A program made the position numbers and the translations under genes. A DNA stretch of 64,000 nucleotides, taken from positions 3,162,001 to 3,226,000 of the forward strand of contig JAWMAR010000165.1 in assembly GCA_036785375.1 (NCBI GenBank). The letters are read 5' to 3'. Of this stretch, positions 26,601 through 38,600 are shown piece after piece (positions within the stretch are counted from its first letter, which is position 1; every line of letters starts with the position of its first letter). Source of the DNA: Leucoraja ocellata. Its lineage: Eukaryota. The notes beneath the pieces are model-generated. The model had not been told where the DNA came from. It saw nothing but the letters and a program-made list of their open reading frames with translations, and ran no database searches.

Positions 26601-29600
26601 TCCTCAAAAATTTCCAGAACATTACTCAAGCATGATTTCCCCTTCATAAATCCATGCTGACATTGACCGATCCTGTCACTGCTTTCTAAATGTGCTGCTA
26701 TAACATCTTTAATAATCGACTCAAACATCTTCCCCACTACTGATGGAAAGCTAACTGGTCTATAATTCCCTGTTTTCTCTCTCCATCCTTTCTTAAAATA
26801 TGGCTACCCTCCAGTCCACAGGAACTAATCCAGAGATGAGAAGACATTGAAAAATGATCATCAGTGCATCCACGATTTCTATGGCTTGTGTACTTCTTTG
26901 TGTACTCTGGGATGCGGTCCATCAGGCCCTGGGAATTTATCTGCCTTCAGTCCCAACAGTTTACCTCTTACTGGAGACCACCATATGTTACAGCAATCCA
27001 TCATTTGCTGCTTTAGCCACCAAAGCAGAACATAATATTGAACTCTACCCAATCCAGCTTGGTGGTGGATTGCAAAAAGCCTGACTCTTCCTGATATGAA
27101 ATAAACATAATGCCCCATGTTTTGTGAGTTCACGTGCAGGTAGAGGAGATTAATTTTTTTTTTTTTTTGTGTTTGTTTATTTTATTAGAAGTTAATACAG
27201 CACAAAACAGTACAGTGGCACCTAATTTTAGGTGCCAAGTAATCCATTCTATGTACAACCTCTAGTTTTATGTTATAAGAAGGAAGTAAGCAGGACAAGA
27301 AAAAGAAAACAATAGAAAGGGGAAAAAGTGGAGAAATAGATGGTAGAGAGTAGAAAAACGTGAAGTGTGTATATAAAAAAAAAAAAAAGGAAGAGAGAAA
27401 GTGGAAAGTAGAAATAGAAGAGAAGGCCCCTTAAAAGAGAATTTTTCAAATCTGTATTCGGAGATGTAGATCTATCCGCATCATGGACTGAAATCAGCAA
27501 TCCTTACGGTACCGCTGCATCACATGATTCCAAAAAGTCGATGAAAGGAGACCAACTCCTTAAGAATTGGTCAAATTTATCTATTAGTCGGAGTCTCATT
27601 TCTTCAAGGCGTGCTATGTCCATCATATTCCTAATCCACATTTTAACAGTTGGTGTGGTTGTATTTTTCCAAAATTTAAGTATCAATTTCTTTCCAATTA
27701 TTAATCCATAATTTAAAAAAACATTTTGATCTTTATTTAAATTGGTATCTTCTCCTATTATTCCAAATATAATCCATTCCGTTTTGGGTTCTATTCTTGA
27801 CTTGAAAATCTTTGTGAATATATCAAATATATCACTCCAAAATTTATTCAACTTTGTACATCCTACAAATGAGTGTGTTATATTAGCGTTTTGAAACAAA
27901 CATTTATCGCATCTGGGAGAGACGTTTGGATAAAATTTATTCAACCTCGTTTTTGAATAATATAGTCTATGTAATAATTTGAATTGAATTAAATTATGTC
28001 TTGCATTAATAGAACAGTTATGTGTATTCATCAAATACTTTTCCCATCTATCCTTCGAGATCTTTATCATTAGCTCTTGTTCCCAATCTTCCCTTAATGC
28101 TTCTGTTGAGGGTGATTCTCTATTTAATATATTATTATAAAAGTATGATATTAATTTTTGTGAATCAGCCTTAATGTTCATTGCTTCTTCTAAAGGATCT
28201 AAAAATATCGTTTGAAATCTATGTGTATATTTCTTCATAAAGTCACATACCTGTATATATTTAAAATATTGATTATCCTTCAATTTAAATTTTAATTTTA
28301 ATTGTTGAAATGATAACAGTAGAGGAGATTAATTTAACTTGGTGTTGTGTTCAGAATGGGCATTGTGGGCCGAAGGCCTGTTCCTGTGCTGTACTGCTGA
28401 ATGTTCCACGATGTGAACCATGCCTCTGCACCCACCAGGATCGTCCAAGAAAGAGGATGGATGAGAGAGAGAAGGAGGAGGAGGGAGAAGGAGGAGGGAG
28501 AAGGAGGGAGGAAGGAGGAGGGAGCGGGAGGAGGTGGAAGCAGGATCAGCTCACCGGTATTCCTGGAGGTCCACTTCGACCTTGAGGTCCTGTTGGGCCG
28601 ACAAGTCCTGTCCTTCCCTCTGAGCCCTGCGGAACACAGAGGAGTTCACTCGACCAGGCCGGCTTCTCAAGACCCCCATTCCGTCCCCTGGAGGACCCCA
28701 ACCTCTTTGTGTTACTGGACACCACCATTTGTTACTGGACACCACCATTTGTTACTGGACCCCACCATTTGTTACTGGACCCCACCATTTGTTACTGGAC
28801 CCCACCATTTGTTACTGGACCCCACCATTTGTTACTGGACACCACCATTTGTTACTGGACACCACCATTTGTTACTGGACCCCACCATTTGTTACAGGAC
28901 ACCACCATTTGTTACTGGACATCACCATTTGTTACTGCCAGCTGGACGCTTACCTTCTCACCCGATGCTCCAGGAGGTCCCGGGGACCCGGACTTTCCTG
29001 GAAAACCGATTGGCCCCTGTGAACACAAACAGTTAACACGGTGACCATAGACCATTGTCCTCGCTCCAGATGTTATATTTAACATTTAAAGGTGCACCCG
29101 GGCCTAGCATTCAGTGCTAGCTTCCCGTGCTCACCCTAAACTTGTCCCCATCCTGCATTCGTCCCCAATCAGATCAGAGATACGTTGAAAGTGAACTGGC
29201 CTCTTGCTCCACAACTCCCATTTATCAGTGGCCACCCAGATAACAATATTTCTTCCAACTGCACCAGCCTGTATATAAATGATTCCCCCATCCCATTTAT
29301 TCCACAGATGGGGGAGATATTCTGAGTCGGTAATTGTTAATAATGTTTTATCCAAACTACACGTCAGTACACTTGTCCCCATCAGTAAACTACACATCGG
29401 TACAGCTCCACTACAATCTGTACAGTGAGCAGTTTGGTGAGACACAAGCGGTGCCTTGATACATCTCTCTGTACATGCCAGAACCAAACATCTGGTTCTG
29501 TACAACACATTACTCAACATCTGTACATGTCAGCACCGAACATCTGTACAACACATTGGTGCGTCTGAAGCTGAGGGAGACCTGACAGAAGTATATAAAA

Positions 29601-32600
29601 TTATGAGAGGCATAGATAAGGCCAGAATCTTTTTCCCGGCGTGGAAATGTCAAATGCTAGAGGGAAGAACTATAAAGTGAGAGGGGGAAAGTTTAAAGAT
29701 GTACGGGCCAAGTTTTTTTTACGCTGCCAGTGTTTGGTGGTGGAGGCAGAAATGATAGTGGTGTTTAAGAGGCTTTCAGATAAGCACATGGGTTTGTAGG
29801 GAATGGAGGGATATGGATCACTTGCAGACAGAGGAGATTAACTAGGCATCAAGGGCTGAAGAGCCTGATCCTGTGCTGTCCTGCTCTATGTTCTATAATC
29901 AATCATCTGTGGTATTACAAAGCTGCAGTTTACTGACAGTGTTCAAGACTTCCGCAGCACACTTGGAGCTGGAGACCTCTGGAGACATAGATTTATCTGC
30001 TTAATCCAGAATTTAAATCCCTGTAGAATGATGACCTGCTGAACTTGGAGAGAATGTAGTCTCATTTACCTGCTGTCCAGGAAATCCCGGCTGTCCTTGA
30101 AATCCCTGCAAGAGAAATCACTGCATCAGCTTTAGGTCTGGAAGTCTTACCTCCTCAATCCCATCTTCAGTGCCACCAGATGCCAGGGCCAGCCCCAGAC
30201 TCCTGGCATCAATAATGCCCCCTGCCCCAGACTCCTGGCATCAGTAATTCCCCCCGTGTCAGACACCTGGTGCCAGTAATGCCCCCATACCAGGTGCCAG
30301 GCAGTGCCAGGATGCCAGACATCTAGACCACTGGTGTTTGCCCCTGTACAGTTGCCAGGCCCTGCCCCAGATATCTGGCATCAGTAATGCCCACTGCCCC
30401 AGATCATTGGCGTTGGTAATGCCACCATGCATCAGACCCCAGGCATCAGTAAAGCCCCGCAGGCCCAGCCCCAGACCCCTGGCATCAGTAATGCCCCCAT
30501 ACCAGATGCCAGGCAGTGCCCAGATGCCAGACATCCCCTCCGTTATTAGACGTATTCAGGTTATGGCACGCTATTAGTGAATTCTCCAATCTCATCCCCT
30601 GTCTGCCCCCTCTGCTTCCTGTGCCCTCCATCCCGGTGCACACCCATTTTCTCACCATCTCTCCCCATCCCTCACCCTTCCCTTCCTTTGTACACTCATT
30701 TCCCATCCCTGATCATCCAATTTCCCTCTTATCTCCCCTCTTACCCCTCTCTTTCCCCTGACACTTTCACCCACATTCCCCCTCCGGCTAAACGTCACTC
30801 TGCTTTTCCATATCTGACACCCTTTGGTCCCCTTTCCACCTCTGGCCTTTGTCTCTTACTTCACTCATCTGCTAATCACCCCCCACTCCCCCTCATCTGT
30901 ATCTACCTATCACTTGCCAGACTTTGTCCCGCTCCCACCTCTCTTTTCCAGCTTTCTTCCCCATACTACAATCGGTCTGAAGAATTGTAGTATAATTTAG
31001 CATAACCTAAAATTTCTCCTGTCCATTCCCTCCACAGACGCTGCCTGACCAGCCGAGTTCCTGCCATACTTTGCGTTTTTGTGCCCGTCAATAGCAAATC
31101 AAAGTCAGAAGCAACACGCACCTGGTCTCCCTTCTCCCCACGAGGGCCGGGTGGTCCTAGGTCACCTTTGGAGCCCTGCCAAGGAAAGCGTAAGGTTCAG
31201 GTCAAGGTGACTGAGGCAATGGCACGACTGAGCTCACGCTGGGGGCAGCGTTGGGGCCTGAGGGTGGCCGTGACCCTCCCCCAATGAGGCAGGCGAGCAC
31301 GGCAAAACATCCCCCTCCCCTCATAATCACCACTGTCGCATCTACCTCTAACACCACCCCTGGCAGCACTTTCTAAGCACCCACCACCCTCTGTGCAAAC
31401 AACCTGCCCAACACATCTCCCCATTAAACTTTGCCACTCTCACCTTAAAGTTATGCCCTCTACTATTTGACATAGGTTCTGACTGTGTACCCTACCTATG
31501 CGTCTTGTGATTTTATACATCATGTTTCCCCTCATCCTCCGGCGCTCCAGAGAAAGCAATCCAAATTCACCTAATCCCTCTTTATAGCTAATGCTTTCTA
31601 ATCTATGCAGCATCCTGGCCAAAGCCTGCACATCCATCCTGGAATGTCGGCGAGCAGAACTGCACGCAATACTCCAAAGGCAGCCTAACCAACGTCCTAT
31701 AGAGCTGCATCATGACTTCTACCCAATGCCCTGACCAATGCTGTAATGTCACGCATACAATTGCTTTCTTTACTACTCTATCTACATGTGTTACCACTTT
31801 CAGGAAACTATGGGCTTCAAGATCCCTGAATATTCTTACGTTGCTTTAATGGTTTAATGTTCCATCTTCTCTCCTTGATGTGGATCTCAGGTTCTCCCCT
31901 GAGTGGCCCATTTGTGTCATCATCAACAGTCTGTTCAAGCAGGAAATTACCCTCAAAAGAGGCAGCACAGAAGAAATTTGTTGATATCAATCCTCATTGC
32001 AGTCTTCAGTGGACTGCGCCAGGTTTCCCAGCCTCTTGACAACCTGAAGATTATTGCCCTGTTGCCGTCCACACTTGATGCCCCACAGCCCCCCTCGCAG
32101 CCCTCACTTCCTGGCAAAGCACAATCCCAAACCTCTCTTTCCTTATGTTAACGAAAACTTTGAAACACGCCGCAATGATCGGGTAAGGCTAACATGACTA
32201 TAAGATGACTATAAGAGACTACAATCTAGCAGATTGTTTCCCAAACAAAGATTCATGTGCTCTTTATATACAGTATGCCCCCTTGATGTGTGGTTTACCG
32301 TTGACACACTTAAGAATTTCCTCTTCTTCAGAATAGTCTTACAACAGTTGTAAATCATGCATCTCTGACTGACACAGGGCAAGAAGCACAGCTCAATCCA
32401 CCCCCCTTGGCAGATTAACAGATGTCCTGTTATCCCTTCAACCTTTTAATTTATTTTCCAATTGCCATTTGTTAATTACAATATCTCGTGGACTCCACAT
32501 TCACCCAGCCTGCACCCGGCTGACCAGCGCCCAACAGCCTGACTAGTGTTGGTTTCTAATCTCCAACAATCAGTGTATTCCAGTTGAGCGCCGAGTACTC

Positions 32601-35600
32601 ACCGCGGAGCCGCTCGGGCCCTGGGCTCCGGGAATACCAGGAACACCCTGTGGGAGAGAGGACAATCTATGAGTGACCAATGGGGGCACAGTCGGAACAG
32701 AAGAAGCCAGAGGCAAAGTGGAAATGTGTCCATCACAGGGGGAGCTGCCCATGGTGACAGGAGATATCTGGGCAGCAGGAATGACCGTGCAGGGGCAAAC
32801 AGGCAGGTTCTGACTGAGTGTAATAAAAATAAATTGCAGATGCTGGTTCACACCAAAGATAGGCACACAATGCTGGAGTTACTTAGCGGGTCAGGCAGAA
32901 TCTCCCTGATGCTCCCTGACCACTGGATTACTCAAGCATTTTGTGTCCATCTTTGGTTCTGGCTGAGACTTTATTGATGTTGACTCACCCATGAGAGGGA
33001 GCAATGGGCTGGAGTCAGATCAGGGGCATACAATGAGAGCCCCAACCTGGGGTAAGTGTGAGGGTGGGGGGGGTCAATTACTCTGGTGTTGCTCTGATTG
33101 CCACCATTTTGGATGGGGTCGTGACTTGGGCGACGTTGACAACTTAGATTAATGTAGACACAAGGAAATGCAGATGCTGGAATCTTGAGTTAAAATACAA
33201 AGTGCAGGAGAAACTCAGCAGGGCAGGCAGCACCTGTGGAGGGAATGGACAGACAACGTTTTGGGTCAGGACCCTTCTTCAGACATTGTAGTAGGGGAAA
33301 GAAAGCTGGAAAAGAAGAAATGTGGGGATGGGGCAAAGCCTGGCAAATGATAGGTGGATACAGATAAGAGGGGGGGGGGAGGGGTAGATGAACGTAGGAT
33401 TGGTGTAGATGGGTGGTTGGTGTGGACTCAGTGGGTCAAATAGTCTTGTTCCATATTGTGATGCCTATGACAGGCAGCCTAAGCTGCTGCTAAGTATGGA
33501 GTTGACTGTGGCTCTGGCAGCTACTTGAAGGTTGGCGGGTGGCAAGTATTGCCTGGGGTTCTCTCTCAGTTGCACTAGTCATTAGGCTGTCACCAACACT
33601 TGATGCCATCGCGCAAAAAGTGCCGAGAGTTCCTTTATAATTTCAGAGGGGTGGCATGGCCTTCCTGGACCCTTGACGACGAGGAAATGGATGAAGAGCG
33701 TGAGAGGAATTGTGACAGGATAAGACAGTTTTAAAACAGCATGGGTGTGAGGTGTGGAGTTAGTCAGTGGGTAGTGTGTGGAGTCCTTACCGATACGCCC
33801 GTCTCTCCTCCAGGGCCCACGGGCCCACGCTCGCCTTTCAGCCCCTGAAAGAGAGTTTGGACAAGTTAGAGCCTGACCTGCCACACATGGGCCCTGAGGA
33901 GTGTATGTAGTGTGGAGAAGGGTTAGCCGCATGGACCATCCACTCTGCAGCAACTCTGATCAATGCCTGTGTTTAAGAAGGAACTGCAGATGCTGCAAAA
34001 TCGAAGGTACACAAAAATGCTGGAGAAACTCAGCGGGTGCAGATGCTGGAATCTTGAGTTAAAATACAAAGTGCAGGAGAAACTCAGCAGGGCAGGCAAC
34101 ACCTGTGGAGGGAATGGACAGACAACGTTTTGGGTCAGGACCCTTCTTCAGACTGATGGGGGGTGGCGGGGAGAAGAAATGAAAAAGGAGGAGGAGGAGC
34201 CCGAGGGCTGAGGGGTGGGAGGAGACAGCCTGGGGGCTGAGGAAGGGGAGGAGACAGCAAGGGCTAACAGAATTGGGAGAATTCAATGTTCATGCCTGCA
34301 GGATGCAGATTCCCTAAGCGGAATATGAGGTGTTGTTCCTCCAATTTCTGGTGTTCAATGCCTGGTACGGCTTTGAGTGACTCTAGGACCACATTCACCC
34401 CGGTCTCCAACCCTCCCATCACAACACCCCACCCAGCCCAGCTCCAGAGGGCCCAGAGCCAATGTCAAGCTGATATTGGATGTTCATAAGTTCATTAGTG
34501 ATAGGAGCAGAATTAGGTCATTCAGCCCATCAAGTCCACTCTACATTCAATCTTGGCTGATCTATCTTTCCCTCTTAATCCCATTCTCCACCCTAATCCA
34601 CATAACCACTGACACCAGCACTAATCAAGAATCTGACTATCTCTGCTTTAAAAATATCTATTGTCGACCTCCACAGCCTTCAGTGGTAATGAATTTCACA
34701 AATTCGCCAATCTCGGGCTAATGAAATTCCTCCTCATCTCCTTCCTAAAGGAACATCCTTTAATTCTGAGGCTGTGACCTCTGGTCATAAAGTGGTGTGG
34801 TGGTGGTGTTTGTGGTGGTGGTGGTGGGCAGGTGGGAGACTGCACTACACCGGACACGCTGGTAAGTCGGGCAGATGTAGCACTTCCTGCCTCACCATTT
34901 CCAGGCTTCCCCACTCCCCACGAGGCACACGGTGATGGAACGCTGCCCAGTCGTGTGGGGGGAGTGAAGCTCCTCCACTCTCAAGTGGCTGAACACTCTC
35001 CAGGACATAGAAACATAGAAACATAGAAATTAGGTGCAGGAGTAGGCCATTCGGCCCTTCGAGCCTGCACCGCCATTCAATATGATCATGCTGATCATCC
35101 AACTCAGTATCCCTTACCTGCCTTCTCTCCATACCCTCTGATCCCCTTAGCCACAAGGGCCACATCTAACTCCCTCTTAAATATAGCCAATGAACTGGCC
35201 TCAACTACCCTCTGTGGCAGAGAGTTCCAGAGATTCACCACTCTCTGTGTGAAAAAAAGTTCTTCTCATCTCGGTTTTAAAGGATTTCCCCCTTATCCTT
35301 AAGCTGTGACCCCTTGTCCTGGACTTCCTTAACATCGGGAACAATCTTCCTGCATCTAGCCTGTCCAACCCCTTAAGAATTTTGTAAGTTTCTATAAGAT
35401 CCCCTCTCAATCTCCTAAATTCTAGAGAGTATAAACCAAGTCTATCCAGTCTTTCTTCATAAGACAGTCCTGACATCCCAGGAATCAGTCTGGTGAACCG
35501 TCTCTGCACTCCCTCTATGGCAATACTGTCCTTCCTCAGATTTGGAGACCAAACTGTACGCAATACTCCAGGTGTAGTCTCACCAAGACCCTGTACAACT

Positions 35601-38600
35601 GCAGTAGAACCTCCCTGCTCCTATACTCAAATCCTTTTGCAATGAAAGCTAACATACCATTCGCTTTCTTTACTGCCTGCTGCACCTGCATGCCTACCTT
35701 CAATGACTGGTGTACCATGACACCCAGGTCTCGCTGCATCTTCCCCTTTCCCAATCGGCCACCATTTAGATAATAGTCTGCTGTCCCGTTTTTGCCACCA
35801 AAATGGATAACCTCACATTTATCCACATTATACTGCATCTGCCAAACATTATGCCCACTCACCCAGCCTATCCAAGTCACCTTGCAGTCTCCTAGCATCC
35901 TCCTCACAGCTAACACTGCCCCCCAGCTTAGTGTCATCCGCAACTTGGAGATATTGCCTTCAATTCCCTCATCCAGATCATTAATATATATTGTAAATAG
36001 CTGGGGTCCCAGCACTGAGCCTTGCGGTACCCCACTAGTCACTGCCTGCTGCCTGCCATTGTGAAAAGGACCCGTTTACTCCTACTCTTTGCTTCCTGTT
36101 TGCCAGCCAGTTCTCTATCCACATCAATACTGAACCCCCAATGCCGTGTGCTTTAAGTTTGTATACTAATCTCTTATGTGGGACCTTGTCGAAAGCCTTC
36201 TGGAAGTCCAGATACACCACATCCACTGGTTCTCCCCTATCCACGCTACGTTACATCCTCGAAAAATTCTATAAGATTCGTCAGACATGATTTACCTTTC
36301 GTAAATCCATGCTGACTGTCCAATGATTTCACCACTTTCCAAATGTGCTGCTATCCCATCTTTAATAACTGACTCTAGCAGTTTCCCCACTACCGATGTT
36401 AGACTAACTGGTCTGTAATTCCCCATTTTCTCTCTCCCTCCCTTCTTAAAAAGTGGGGTTACGTTTGCTACCCGCCAATCTTCAGGAACTACTCCAGAAT
36501 CTAAAGAGTTTTGAAAGATTATTACTAATGCATCCACTATTTCTGGAGCTACTTCCTTAAGTACTCTGGGATGCAGTCTATCTGGCCCTGGGGATTTATC
36601 GGCCTTTAATCCATTCAATTTACACAACACCACTTCCCGGCTAGCCTGGATTTCACTCAATTCCTCCAACTCCTTTGACCCGCGGTCCCCTGCTATTTCC
36701 GGCAAATTATTTATGTCTTCCTTAGTGAAGACGGAACAGGATTGGAATCTGTAAGCCCAGACACCCTCTTTTACTCTGGTGTGGAGATTGTTCACCACAG
36801 CTCGCCCAGGCTTCACCCATCACATCCACCAGCTGGGTAGCCAAGGCAGCACTGGGTAGCATTGAGGGACACTGGTGGAAAAGGAATACTCCCTCTATCT
36901 GGTCCTACTCCAGTCTGTGGAGAAAGCTGATGGCCACCCTGCTGCTGGTCCAAGCCGCGAGCTCCCGGGATGACTGCCCGCTGACCGACTGTCCCTCGGA
37001 CACTGACACGCGGGTAACTAAAGGTTGTTCCCTACAGGCGACCGAGGCTGGGGATTGAACATGTGACTGTGCCCGTACCCACGCGAGGAGTGGGTGTGGA
37101 GATCACACTTACCGGGAGACCGGGAATCCCTGCTCCTCCTGGGTATCCCGACAATCCAGACGGCCCCTAGGGAGAAACAACGCGGCATTGTTAACTTGGC
37201 CCTCACTCCCCACCCCCCCCACTCCCCATACCCCATACCTCACTCCCCAACCCCCTACCCCTCACTCCCCACCCCCCCACTCCTCACTCCCCAACCCCCT
37301 ACCCCTCACTCCCCCACCCCCCCCACTAACACCTCCCCACCCCCCACCACTAACACCCCACCCCTTGCCAAACCCCCCTCACTCCCCACCCTTCACTCTC
37401 CTCCCCCCTACTCCCCACGCTCCCTCCCACTCCAGAGGTGTGGAGTTAGTGGCCTCACCTTCTCTCCCTTCGGCCCGGGCTCGCCGTTCAGTCCCCGGTC
37501 TCCAGGAAGTCCCTGTTGAAGAAGACATGGTTAAAGGAGCGTTTTTGATCACACTCACCCACTCTGCCCCCCCCCCCCCTCCCACACTGCTCTACCACGG
37601 TCCTGACCCTGGGTCACAGTGTGGAGCCACCAAAGTCTCTGCATTAATCTATCCCCAGCAGGTTGCAGCCCAGGGTACACCGCCACCCACAGGTTCCCCA
37701 CCTAACTGCACACCATCCTCCCCGGAAACATCTCCCAACCACATACACCACCGCTCCTCCCCACATCCTCTCCCAACCTCCCAGCCTATCTGTAAGTGTA
37801 ACACTACATTCTGGTATTTTTTCCCTTTGTATTCCCTTCTGTACTTGTGTACAGCTTGATTGTACTCATGCATAGTATGATTTGACTGGATCGTACAAAG
37901 TTTGTCACTGTATCTCAGTACACGTGGCAATAATAATCCACCCCCTCATTTACTCCCCCCCCCTCCCCAGCCCGCCCCGTACCATTTGCCCACCCCATCC
38001 TCTCCCCCACCGACACAACCCCGTCTCACTTACCCACACCTTGGACGTCCTCCTCACCCTCTCCACAACTTCTGTTCCACCCCATCCCTACATGCATCAG
38101 ACCTCCTGATCCCCCTCCCCAGACCTCCTGTTGACCCTCACCCCTCCCTCCCCCTCCCGACCTCCTCTGTTCCTCCTCACCTCCCCCCCCCCCCCCCCCC
38201 GACGTCCTGTTCCCCCCTCACCTCCTCCACCCTCCCCTGATGCAAGCATGAAGTGAAGGGGCCTCTGCCCTGAATACTCACAGCTGTTCCCAGGGTCCCG
38301 GGAGCACCAGGGAATCCGGGGGTCCCTGCAGACAGAGCAACCAGTCAGTGACCGTCAGACAGCGACCGAGACTGCAACTGTGAGCCAACCGCTGGCAGTA
38401 CCGGCAGCTCTCGGCACCACCGCACCACCTGGGGAGTGGGAACCGGTGGAGGGGACGGCACTTTTACCTGAAACAACATCTCTGCTTCTCTGTCCTCAGG
38501 CACCTTGTGGACTACTGAGCGAGTGTATCCGGTAGTTTCCGTTTCAGTGCTGGGAGCGGGGAGAGCAACAACAGCCCGAAGAGCTGTGAGCATCCAATCC

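Noticed and set aside
28711-28937. CRISPR-like regular repeat array
   Set aside because: Units are head-to-tail with no unique spacers, there are no cas genes, and it lies in a eukaryotic intron; it is a minisatellite.
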